DNA from: Trichoplax adhaerens
Lineage: Eukaryota > Animalia > Placozoa
Direction: 5' to 3'
DNA: 64,000 nucleotides
NCBI RefSeq assembly: GCF_000150275.1
Contig: NW_002060944.1
Span: 4,902,123 to 4,966,122 of the forward strand
A program made the translations under genes and the position numbers. Under the pieces are notes generated by a model. It searched no databases. It was not told the DNA's origin and worked only from the letters and a program-made list of their open reading frames with translations. Of the stretch, positions 13,001 through 25,900 are shown piece after piece. The first letter of the stretch is position 1. Each line of letters begins with the position of its first letter.

Positions 13001-14556
13001 GAAGCAATCTTGGTGTGATATTTTCGTAATAGAGAGCAGTTGCATGCGTGATGTTAGTTGGGTGTAGAAGGATCTCAATTTTCGCTTTAATCAAATATTT
13101 CTGTATAGACAATATTATAAAGTTCTAATTTCGATTCTAATTAAAAATAAATTCATATTACATTAGTCTTACTATCCGTGAGAACTAAATAGCTAATAAC
13201 TAACTGTACTATATCGCTCTATAATTTGGTATCCTATGAATAATTAATCTATATAAATTCAAACATTTTAATAAATCTTGTTATTAATTCTATTAGCTAA
13301 CATCATTTCAATTTAATAGAATAGTCGTTATTAAGATGCAGCGATAAATTTACCTATAGTTGGAATACATCTAACTGTTTATTTCCAATAAATAGTTGGA
13401 TAATTATCTGAAAAAACGATATATTGATGGATCAAATCGTCCCATCGAGAAGGCGATCATCGAAGCTTATGACTGTATTTTGGAATGTGATGAAAAACTT
13501 AGTATCACCGGACATTCTCATCGAGTTCAGGTAAGATACATGAAACTATTAAACGTATTCTTAACTTAAAATATTTAAATTGTAGATTAATTCCTCAATA
13601 AATATATAATCTAGATAAGTGTTGAAGTCATAAATTGTCTCCTTGACATTACACAAGATGTAAAAATTTTATTAAAAGATCAAGGGCTCTTGCAATCGAT
13701 AGAGGTAATGTAAAAATTCTATCACTACCCATCTGCCTTTGTAATAAGTATTTTATGTGAGATAATCATGAATAGTATCGTCCAACCCTAAGCTAGCATC
13801 ATTATGTTTCGATCAATATCGATGTCATAGTCTTCAACTTTTGAAGCTTAATTATTTCGACCAGATATTTATTCTTTAAGATTTTATATAACTGACCTTA
13901 GATATCTTTACCAATTATAGAATGATATTGACGATTTTAATCAAGTCTATTGCCAATCTTCATTTATTCAGTCGGTTTATAATCGAGCAGTGGTTGTTAT
14001 TAACGATGTTGAACGATTAAAACTGGATGTTCAATCGCTAATTGCTACCTGTTGTGACAAGAACAGTTTAAAGAATAGATTGAAAACTTATGAGGAATCA
14101 GTTCAATATAGTAAAAGTATTATTCAAGATATTTCAAAATTGTTAAGAGTCATCAATCGGCATTCCAAACGTTCCAGTTTAATCCCAAATACACCAGAAG
14201 ATGGTTCAGTAAGAACGCCCGACTTATCACTGTTTGATCATTCTAAATCTCAAGATGACGACACAGACACTGGCATCATTGATCTAGCACAAAAAATTAT
14301 ACAAACTTGTAATACATTAAATAAGATTTTAAGTAACAGGTCGTCAGGTTCAACGACACCAAGACCATCCATTCGTGGTGCATTAGTAAAGGGTGATGAA
14401 CAAGTAACATCATCTACACCACCTCCAATTTATGTTAGATCGACATCATTTACAAATAAAGGGATTAAAAAAGGAATATTTGATGATGCAAAAAGTCGCG
14501 AATTAGAGCAAGTTTTAGCATCAGTTAAGAAAAAGCATAAAAATCAAGGTAAATAA
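1087..14556 (+). CDS. Kinesin-3 family protein, KIF14-like (N-terminal extension, motor domain, FHA, coiled coils, helical C-terminus), with divergent ATPase motifs; ~36 coding exons
   Basis: Exons traced in frame include 1087-1595, 2038-2242, 2916-2938, 3102-3183, 3259-3345, 3508-3560, 3698-3728, 3836-3943, 4074-4178, 4323-4441, 4557-4658, 5000-5073, 5183-5315, 5436-5499, 5642-5741, 5880-5955, 6985-7028, 7163-7221, 7298-7332, 7453-7560, 10190-11184 and 13921-14556, plus further short exons in 9003-9987 and 11321-13704. Motor motifs: AFKGYNTCLFAYG, EGLIPRICDELF, FYEIFNEKIYD, NIVDLAGSE, LLKEILGGNCRTFMLA, INED. Kinesin-3/FHA motifs: LVNLHEDD, ISERHC, TYVNG..NDKIVFG. KIF14-like motifs: NEANHIS and TWSFLKFESHLANMRE. 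Confidence 0.85.
4659..4999 (+). other. Putative U12-type (minor) intron with AT-AA termini in the kinesin gene
   Basis: 5' end ATATCCAA; branch site TCCTTAAT at 4983-4990; no polypyrimidine tract. Splicing joins EEFIDTIK to LCNAAKSIIN, colinear with canonical ETLSTLRYANRAKNI. Confidence 0.7.
8456..8570. repeat. Two-copy ~65 bp direct repeat in a kinesin intron
   Basis: aagtt(t/c)ctgtctag...ctccctattacatc...ttaaga occurs twice. Confidence 0.75.
10801..10930 (+). repeat. Coding 45 bp x3 repeat, SK(R/H)SSVASQ(V/I)(E/D)I, in the kinesin low-complexity exon
   Basis: Visible in the translation of ORF 10199-11188 and at DNA level (tagcaagc..tcatc.gttgc.agtcaa). Confidence 0.9.
11490..11862. repeat. 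Degenerate ~60-65 bp intronic minisatellite, ~5-6 copies
   Basis: aatactagctttaa(c/t)agttaaatcat and gatagaatagacactatta recur. Confidence 0.75.
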
Positions 14557-17500
14557 ATCCAGTTTTACATGAAATTCGATTCTCAATCAAGGCACTGCTA
14601 GAACTACGCTACATCCAATCTCCGACTTGTATCAGATCAATATTATTTCACCAAGCTTAATAACGTCTAAAATCGCTCATTGGCACAAGTTTTGGCATCA
14701 TTTAAGATAATACATGAAAAATTAAGCCTAACTAAATCAAAAAATTAATTTCTATACCATGCAGAATTTGATTTATAACACCAAATAATACTGGCATTAG
14801 ATTACGTGCTGCCTAATGCCATCTGCTGTTTCAATCTTGCTGTAACTATCTCGTATTTGAAAGTAACGATAAAAGTTATATTCATCATAGAAATTAAGCA
14901 ACCCATCTGTTAACACAAAATTGTATAATTATTCATGTCTATTCATTTACACTGTACGTATATCTATCAATTCACTTTTGCATCGATTTACTTCGCTAGC
15001 TCTCTATATGTACAAGGATACTATTAAATTGGATACCGCAATACCATTAAATATTTTCCCGAAAATAATAAACTAATTTTCGATATTTTATATTAATTAT
15101 GTAACATAGTTCAATATAAAAATTCTTCAGTACTACTCAAAAGGAACTATTATGAATGATCTTGTTTCTTCTTCTACTTCGCTAATAACTGTAATGATAT
15201 TATTAGCTGAAATGATAGTAATTATCCTGCAGTCGTTAATTTTTCAATTGTTTTGGCCATCCTACTGTTAAAGTTACTTCTTTCACTATAACGTTTCAAT
15301 TGAGACGATACTACTATATTTGATACGTTCTAATCATTCTTCTATATAGACATAATTGTTATAAATAATTGCCAACATTTAAGTTTGTTTCTGTAAGAGC
15401 TACAATCTTCTGTCAGTTATGTATTTATTTGTATTTATTCTAGCAGTACCATATCAATCAGCTCAACATTCAACATAAAAAAACACTGTCATTACGTTCA
15501 TTCCAATCACTGTTGATATTTGTAAGTTACAAATTTGAAAAAAATAGAATGTTTACAAAATATTTTACGTTCTATTTTGTCTATAATACGATTCTAATCA
15601 TAGTGGTAGCCTGCCCTGAATTAGTCGGTAACTTTATGATGTTGACGTTGAAGGATAATTTTTTGCGATCAAGTGATTCTTGATGCAGTTAAAGGACAAA
15701 AACTGATATAGCCGTTACGGTAGTGCAAGGAAACCGTTTTCTTAAAATAAAATGAAAGATCAAATGGACAATAGTCCACCTATAAAATTTTATCTTTTGG
15801 CCATTAACAATGTGTAAAACTACTTTATGTACATAGATGAGTTATTTAAATAATTTACTAAATTAATTGCTTATTTTTTTTATAAAAGATCACTATGGAA
15901 ATGATCTTCATTCATCATTTTCTACCATGTTACTATCATCAAATTTCCAAGTTTATGTGATGTACTAACCAATGTCACCATCAACAAACTTAATATTGCT
16001 TTAATTTGAAATAAAATATCTCAGCTCAGTTTTCTCTTCCTTGCTGATATTATTCAATTATCAGCTGTGCTATAAATTTATTATCCTTAGTAAGTTAAAT
16101 ATCCCGTAATTTGAAACTTAAAGTTATCCTTAATTTTATATTAATTTTAATATTATGAAATTTTGCATTAAAGAAACTGGCTAGAACGATATAATTGCTT
16201 TGCAGCAAGAATAGATAATACGTTCTAACGATATGCTTAGAACTTATCGCTATCATTTACATTAATATTATGGGATTATGACATGTGCGAAGCTGTATCA
16301 TCTCAACAACCTAGCTTTATGCTATAGAAGGCTAAATAGCTATGAATTTAAAAATAAAATTCTCTGTAAACACTTCTTTCTATAATAATGCCATCCAAAT
16401 ACAACATTCTAATTATGAAGTTACTTATAGCGTTTAGATATACGAAATAACAATTACACTTGAAATACTATTTTCAGCTTACCCTTTCTTTCAAACAGAC
16501 ATCGTTAACGTTATGCTTTATGTTGGGCATTGTTGTATCATTTTGATATTGCATAAATTTAAAAATAAAATATCTTAAAGTCATCCTTTTAATTTGTACT
16601 AACTTTAAATCTTTCAGTTATATCCTACCAGAAGCGTTGTATCGTCATAAGCAAACTTGATATTGCTTATATCAGATTTGCAAAGATATCTCTAAGCATT
16701 CTTTTCGTCTTTGTTACCGTCAACTTAAGCTATGTACATATATACAGTAGCAATATCATCCCAGCCATACTAAATGTTGCTTAGATTATTGTTATATCCA
16801 GTAGATAAAAGAGTCTTATCAGTTTTAGCTATTGCTTTATTGGCGAGATATCTTAGTTAATAATGAGAACGTAAATTAATCTAAGCTGGTAAATATGCGT
16901 AAATATGCGTAAAAAGATAAGCTGCATCGATCAGTAATATCTAAAAGTTACCTTTATGGGAATTTCCTCTTTTAAAAGGTAAAGTAAATAGGACTGGTAA
17001 AGTTGCCGACGGACTGATTAGTTAGGTAACAGCATCAATAGCTCAAAATTTTAGCCTACTGTACGAATATAGCTCTAGATAAAATAACCTAAAGAATTTA
17101 TTTCGGAATAGTCCTTTAACGTGTTTAGGCAACAAGATGTATACTCTAATCTATACCTTTGTCATAAGGGAGACTGATTTGTCTTGGATCGTCAAAATAA
17201 AATAGTAACGAATAAGAGTAGGTTAGTTACTATCCTTCTTATACGCTTTATCATGGACAAATGACATGGTAGTTTAAGACTATGAGCCCAAGACAATGTA
17301 AACTTTGTCAATTACAAAGAAGTATAGAACCTAAGCAAATTTTATATACTATTATGGAGAAGAGACTGCTACTATTTAAAAGTAGTCTTCATTTAGGCTA
17401 CGACTTGATCTCAGTTGATTATTGCAATTTTAAATCAGAATTTTAATACTTTTTGAAAATCCATTCTCAAGATTGATATAATCAATCGAGCTTTCAGTAT

Positions 17501-18644
17501 AAAAAAGATTAAGTAGATAAACATAAATTCCATGAAAATAAAAATAGTTATTTCTTTGTGAATTTTATATACTATTTGTTTTAAATTGGCGACCGAAAAA
17601 AATTGAAATCATAATTGAAATATTTAGAAAAGAAGAAAAACTATGATTGATAAACATAGATCTAAATTATTTCATCACAGCTCATACATGAAATAAAACC
17701 TCGATATGGCAAAGAATAATAATCATTATTTGCTATACTCTTAAAACTTAACAAAAAGGCTTTCAAACATCCTTTGAAATTATCTACTATTTACATGAAA
17801 AGAGAAAGTCTATAGAAAGAATTAAAACAGGTAAATAGTTATTAGGTCGAAAATTTAAATCGTGGCAACTACTACGAAACTATAAAATAATAATTATCAT
17901 AGTATAATATTAACATTATAAATAATATTTACAATAATCCATTGTTCATGGTAATTCGGCATGTAACATTAATTTGCAACCCTTTCATCCATAACTATCT
18001 TAAAATATTAATGGAATCTAATGTTGGCTAGCTTTTATATCTTAAGGTATAAATAAAATGAATAATCCTTTTTGAAAATAAAAACTAATTATATTGTTTC
18101 TAATTTAAATGAACGACGCTATCTTATCAAGCAAAATGATATTTTACGCTGAAAATTATCATTTATCTATCCTATATACATATACGCATATATATATATA
18201 TAGGTTCTACTCCACTTAATCTATTAGATTTCAATTGGATGGATAATTGGATACTGTAAATCCTTATGTATGGCAATACTTCTATGTGTGTCCATAGATT
18301 AATACCATAATTTAACTATCGATATTTCATTAGTGAATACAACCAATGTAATAAAGCTAGTTGGAACGGCAGCTTAGATCAAATAGAAGCTAAATTGTTA
18401 CTAATTTTTCCGAACGTTTCTATTTTAATGTAGGTAATATTCTTCGACAAGTTTGATAATTATATTATCTAAATCAGGATTATGTTGTGTGGCACCTTTT
18501 AAAATAAAGATAAATTAAAAAATCGGAGTCTTTTTCTTTCTTTCGTAGGCTGACAACATACTCAATTGAAATCTTTTTATGATATCTTACAGTATATCTT
18601 CTATCATCTCCAGCACGTACATGTCATGTGCTTAGTACGTAATA

Positions 18645-19924
18645 TTAATGATTTGGCGTAATTTGCATTTGTAGGCTTTGCCCAATATTGACTGGACCAT
18701 TATTAACACTAGCAATTGGTGCACCGTTACGATAGAGATGATTTGAATAAGGGCTTGGCATCGCTTCTGAACCATCTGATTGTGATGACAATGGTGATAA
18801 TGTCGATGTAGACCAACTTTCTGGTGATTCTGGTGGTGGTGTCAAATAATTAATAACCAATCGATTACTTTGTGAATTTAAATTAGTTGTTGTTGTCGTT
18901 GTACATTGCGGTGGTGTTTCACCATTAGGATATTGCGAAGGCGGTGTTAGATAGAATTCTTGAGTCATCATTGATGGTACTGGAACTGTTGTAATAGCGT
19001 TGTGAGTCATTAAATGAACACCGTTGACATTCTCATTATACAACTGCTGCGATGAAACTGGAATACCGGTTGGATTATTATTAGTAGTTACTATTGAAGG
19101 CGAATCATCACTTTCTAATTCATCCACTAAAACGGGTTGATCATCGGTTAAATTGTTTGCTGATGCTAACATTTCAAATCGTTTTGCATTCCTTTCTTGT
19201 AAATCTAAACTAGAATCATCACTATCACTAAACATAGCAACATCCGATTGCATATCTTGCCAACTTGTTTGCTCTATCATCCCATTATTGGTTATGGTTG
19301 GTCCATCATTTTCTAAATGGCCATTTTGATTGATAATATGATTACTAGAAGGATTACTGCCATCGTCTATATCAGTTGGTTGATTGTTAAAATCAGCCTC
19401 TTCATTATTATTAATGGGAGATACATAATCTAAAAAGGCTTGATCTAACTCTAACTCTAAAATATTTTGTAGATCAAATCCTTGATTGCCATCTTCTGTT
19501 TGCATAGGTACCGGCACGTAATTAGAGTTATGATGTAAACCATGACCATTGACCATTTCTGTGGTCATTGTTGGCAAAGTAACAGTGGCTTGCATGGGTA
19601 AACTTGGTTGTGTAACAGGACTAACACAAGTTGTTGTTGAATTTACACCTACCATACTAATAACTTCTCCATTCGCCGTAGTTACAACAGCTGATATTGG
19701 CGATGGTTGGAGAACAATCGGTGATGGCTGATGCTGTGGTGAATCATGATATTGTGGAGATGCTAAAGGTGAATTTTGGGCTGCATTAGGTACTAGTCTG
19801 GCTTGTTGTTGTTGCTGTTGCTGTTGTTGTTGTTGTTGCTGTTGTTGTTGTTGTTGCTGCTGTTGCTGTTGTTGCTGTTGTCGATGGAGCTGCTGTTGCT
19901 GTTGTTTTTGCTGATGTTGATGAA

Positions 19925-19955
<31 letters not shown>

Positions 19956-22900
19956 ATGGAGCTGCTGTTGCTGTTGTTGCTGTTGATGAAGCTGCTGTTG
20001 CTGTTGGTGTAGATGCTGTTGCTGCTGATGCAATTGCTGTTGTTGTTGAACTTGAGTTTGTACTTTCTGTTGTGACTTTTGTGCGTCTCGACCATTGACC
20101 GATTTGGCATAATTAGTTGTGGTCGATTGGCGTGGAGTCATACGAGGTATAGGTACTTTGGGTTGTGTTGTCTCTTGGCGAAATATCTCAGGGGAGACAA
20201 TTCTTGGCTTATCCGGTAATGGAGAGAGTGATGCAGCTGTTCCGTTGGTCGTTGCTCCATGAACAGCAACTTTCCGACTCTGATGTTGACGAATTAATTC
20301 TGCAACTTGACGATGTTGCTTCTCCTTAGCAACATCATATGGCGTTCTAAGATGAATATCCTCAATACTTTCATCAGCATTTCGACCTAATAGAGCTTTG
20401 ACATTTTCAATTCTGCCGTCTTTAGCTGCCTTAAATAGTGCTGTCTCACCATAAGTATCTTGTGCATCAATAGCAACTTTATGTTCAAGTAATATCTGAA
20501 CGATACGAGAATGTTCTGTACTGGCTGCCCAATGCAATGCATTTCGACATTTGTTATCGACTGTATCTACCTTGACCACATCAGGTAATTCCAGTAATTT
20601 CTTGACAATATTAGTCATACCATAGCGTGCAGCATAGATTAATGGAGTACTACCGGTTTTATCCGTTGCAATTAAATCTGTTCGGCTATCATGAGCTAAA
20701 ATCTAGTAGAGGATAAATGGTCAAAAAATTGATTAAGAAATGCTATTTTTCTCCTTGAACATGTTTCAACTACCGTATAAATGCCTTCATTTGGCAAAAT
20801 GAGGAGTAACATTGGAAAGTATATAAGAGCAAAGGATCGAGGATGATAAGTAAAACTAGGAAATATTGGCTCAATTACAATTACAATTTACCTTAAAAAT
20901 AGTCTCTGCTTTTGATGTTATAGCGATATGTAACGGTGTCCTACCCGTACTCTCTTTAATATTTGGATTAGCACCGTGCTCTAATAACTTTGCCGTAGCA
21001 ATTTCATTTCTTTCAATTGAAGCAAAATGTAATGCTGTCATTTGATTATCATCTTGGGCATCTTTATCAGCTCCCGATTTGATTAGGTAATCCATAACGG
21101 TAGCAATATCAATGTGATGTTGACTATTTTGATCATTCTTATCATGATTTTCCTGATCTTTCTTCTTACCATTAGTTAATGGATTCGATTTTCGACGAAC
21201 AATTTGCATCAACGGTGTTATGCCACCTTTCCCTTTAGCGTTAACATCTTCTACATAACTTAATAATTCTTTGGGAGCATTTTGATCAGGTAAAAATTTA
21301 GGATTCGATTCGTTACGATGTAAACTATTCCATTCACGATCGTCTTCAGCAATCGCTGGGAAATCGTAATTAGAATCCGTTTCACTATCGTCGTCAGGAT
21401 GATTTATTTGCTTTTGATTAATATTGTAATGAAAGCGTTTACGTGGAGGTTCGATAATATCCACTTGTGTTTCACCGTCAGAATTCCAATTGATTTCTGT
21501 ATTTTTAATATCTGGCACTTCACGACAATTTTTATATTCTTGCCGCATTTGTTGCTTGTGTCCATAAGCACCAGCACCATTATTCATGTTGCTATTTCTA
21601 ATCATAATAATAAATAACATCAATTTCTAGCTATCTAAGTACAAGGCAACTAAGCAACAAATCAAAATACTTGTCGATTACATCACTAATGTAATTTATT
21701 GCTGTAACTTGAACATGCTAATTATCGACGGTTATAACAAAATCGATCTAAACTACTGTTTTTAAACATGAAGATTCTACTTACGGTCCAGCAAGTTTGG
21801 AGTTATAACTAGGTAATCCATTATTATCTTTATTCTCTTTTGATCCAAAAGGAAACCAAATACCGCGAGTTTCTTTCCTTTTACGTGTTTGCAAAACCCC
21901 TACCACTAGGAAGATGATAAATACGGCAGCTCCACCAACGGAAAGTATTAGAATCCATTCCAATGATAGCGGATTATCTTGAATCGGCACTTGAATAATT
22001 TCATCTGGAAAAGAAGGAAATTAAGAAATAAGTCCATAGCTTAATTTCTTTTCGCGACAAGAGCTTATTATATCTCCATGGTTTCGATTTGCAACTCTAT
22101 GCAACTGTCACTGATTCATGCGATGGCAAAATCATGATGCAAATTATTGAGGATTATAATACGATTGCACGATTCGTAATTTTAATATGGTAACCATGCA
22201 ATCTATGATCAATTTATAAGTCTTGTATCTAATTTTAATATAGTATTTTTATTATTGGACATTATCCATCTTGATTATTCATGATAGGACGGCTTACCGG
22301 ACAGAGAGAGTATCTTGAATGGAAGTTTGTTTAAGAGAATACTCTTGGAAATAGCTAAAGCTGCTAAAAATTTAGCCGCCTAAAAGGAAATATTAAATGG
22401 AGATGGATATACGTAGTTTCTATTTCTAGCTTAGGTCTCAAATTGTCAATTCAAGTTATAATTACGCTACCTCATTTGTCTTCTTAAAGCAAGATCCTGT
22501 ACATCCACGATTATCCAAGATTATACCTACTCGTAGCCTGTCATAACGGATATTTGAGAAATGAGAAGAAACAAATTAGAAAAATCAATCTTTTACTACC
22601 GATGTGTGAAATAAAGTAGCGCCAGAATTACTTCGACAGGAACTGAGTGTATTGCAAAGTCTATCACGAGTAATTACGTCTTATTTCTTACCCGACTGTC
22701 GATGTTGCTCGGCGTTCTCTATTCAATATAAACCTTCCATTTTTGAAATCGTTAAAGAGCGATCTTTTACTTCTTGATGTTGCACCAACCTTGACTTCTT
22801 TAACATCATCTTTACCATCCACTTTGGCAATTTCTATAGTAGTTCTTATAGCAATACTTAACGTTCTCAAAAATGACTTGGAGCTGTTGGTGAAGGATTC

Positions 22901-25900
22901 TAAATTGGTTGCCAAGATCATATAAGATACGCCTTTGGACTACGCGTGAGAATAGGCCATGATAGAGCAAAGAAAAATAGAAATTATAAGTAAATTGGAC
23001 ATGCAAGCCACAAGATATGCTGTCACTTTTTCTAGTTAATTTCATAACTCAACTTTAGTACAGAAACGAATTACGGAAGATTGATAGAAGAGCAAGTAAG
23101 ATCAAGGAAAACAGAAAGAATAAAAGCTGAACACTTACATATTTTGGTGTTTGATCATTGCAATCTAATCCGTCAAACATGCATTCTCGGCTATTGCAGC
23201 CTTTATCGCAATAACCATTACCATAATTGGCTTCGCAATACTGATTGTAATTATCCCTAAATTTCAATTATAAAAGATACTTAATAATGGTAAAAATGAA
23301 ACAACTGTACGAGAGAACTAGTCCAAGAGCTAGACAAAAAGGATACAATGCGAATGCGGTCGTGAAAATAACTTACGGGCAAGAAGCTACTGCTTGATTG
23401 CAATCCCAACCATCGTATAAACAGCTTTCAGAGTTACATTCTTGATCGCACCGACCATCATGAAAGAGCTTCCAACACTGTCGGCCATCCTTACGTGTGC
23501 AATTACTCCATGGGCTCAAATAGAGTGAGCAATCGAATCCATCCCAGGCGCATTCGTAGGTATTACATTCCGGCTGTTGTGAACGATTAAGAAATAGGGA
23601 GATATTAAACTTATGAAGGGACAATAACTAATGTCATTAGGATATAAATAAGCGATGAATACATTAGCTTATTGGATGAGAAGTATGCAAACTTTATCAT
23701 GAAAAACTTACGTTGCAAACTGAATTGTTAAATACTTTCTTGCATGATGGGATGCTACAACGAGCGCCTATGTTATTAAGGCGAAATTCATTTCTTAGTA
23801 CTGAAATAAATGCGATAAATTTATTGAAGATAGATCGGATTAGGTCATATTTACCTGGCAATTCTATTTCGCAAGACTTTCCAGTATATCTCCATGGGCA
23901 TTGGCACTCTTGACGACCTTGTGAACTTGTACATACACCACCATTTAAACAGCGACATCCACCTTCACATCTTGAACCGGTAAATCCAGAGACGCAATCA
24001 CATTCGTATCCATTGGCTAATTCTCGGCATTGACCATCATTCTGGCAAGGATTAGGCGAGCAATGAATTACTTTACTATTACAATCTTGACCAGTGAAAG
24101 AGGATGGACATGAGCAAGTGTAAGTGCCATTACTACTTTGGCATGTACCACCATTGTCGCAAGGATTGGATGTGCATGGATCAAGGCGACTTTGGCAATT
24201 TTGACCTACACGAATTGATAAGTGTTTCAATAGGACTATCGATGATGAGTGGAAAACTCCTTATTGAATAAACTTGTTAATTTTACCTGTAAATTCATCT
24301 TTGCAGATACAAGTATAGCTATTATCGCCATCAATGCACTTTTCAAGGCCTTCTGCGTGGCATGGCTGGGATAAACATTCATCAATGTTACCTTGGCATC
24401 GATCGCCAATAAAACCTGTATTACATTCACATCGGAATCCACCAATTTCATCGATACATTTCCCACGACGATAGCAGGAATCTTCCTGGCATTCATTTCG
24501 ATCAGTTTCACAATGGATACCAGTGGTTCCAGTAGGACAAACGCAAATGTAACGATTAACAAGATCATGGCAAGTTGCAGTATTCATACATGGTGAACTT
24601 GCACATTCATTGATGTTGGTTTCGCAGTGTGTTCCTAGCGAAAGTTAGATTCGTATTGGTGCTTTAATATCCAGTAGATTTGAATCGGATGAAACTGTTA
24701 TACTTTGAGATTTAATCAATAGTGATACTCTTACTAATAAACAACGTAGCAACTTAAGAAAATTGTACCTGTATAGCCTTCCATACATGTACAGTTATAA
24801 CTGTTGATATCATCATGGCAGACACCTTTATTTAAGCAGGGCGAAGATGAGCATTCATCGAAATTGCTCTCACAATTGCGTCCAGTATAACCTTCAATTA
24901 ATAGCAATATAAATTAACCATATGAATATTTGAGGAGCTATTATCAAATATTCTGAAATATTTAAGCAATACTTCATGATGCCGTTAACTACCTGGTTGG
25001 CAGACACATTTATAGTTATCGTCGAGATCGTAACATGTCCCATCATGATGGCAAACGGTACTGGCACAATCATCGATATTCGTTTCGCAATTGCGCCCTG
25101 TAAAGCCATCTTTGCAGAAACATTGATAATTGCCAATATCATTAAGGCAATTGCCATTAAGGCATGGATTGGATAAGCATTCATTAATATCAGTTTCACA
25201 ACGTTGGCCTCGATAACCAACAGGACAATCGCAAAAATAGGAGCCGATGGTGTTGACACATTTGCCTTTCTCACATACACTTGCGCCAAGGTTACATTCA
25301 TCTGCAGAAAGAACGAGAATGAAATATAAGCTTTGCTTTTAAAAAGGATAAAATGGAGTAGTACAACTTTCATAAAAGAAGGAGCTCCTCACAGCTGTAT
25401 ATCAAAGACATTATCGCTGTACTTACTTATATCAATTTCACAGTGGATTCCTGTATAACCTCGAGAACACATGCATGATGCATTACCGCTAATATCGGTG
25501 AAACATGAGCCTAAATTCATGCAGGGGCTAGAAGCGCATTGATCAACTTTGTCGCAACGAGCACCTAATATAGATGATAGTAGCAATTTAACAGTGAGAT
25601 ACCAGGGTAGATGTTGAAACTATCATGACAGGTTATTGCGAATATTGGAAGTCATTGCAACTCCACTTATGCTTATTAAATTCACTTCTCTTACCGGTGT
25701 ATCCTCGCGCACAATCGCATTGATAACTTGCGACTAAATCAACACAAGTAGCACCATTTTGGCATTCATTATTAACGCAATCGTTGATGTTGGTTTCGCA
25801 TTTTTTACCCGTAAAACCAGCTTGGCAATGGCAAGCATAAGAACCATAAGTATTTTGACATGATGCATTATGATTACAAGGATTCTTGATACATTCGTTA

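Noticed and set aside
14557-18644. 4 kb gap between the convergent kinesin and Notch genes as a hidden gene
   Set aside because: No ORF of 60 aa or more and no exon-like pattern; very AT-rich, consistent with 3'UTRs and spacer.
19793-20110. Poly-N/S ORF (19793-20110, -) and poly-L ORF (19803-20012, +)
   Set aside because: Alternative-frame and antisense shadows of the Notch polyQ tract.
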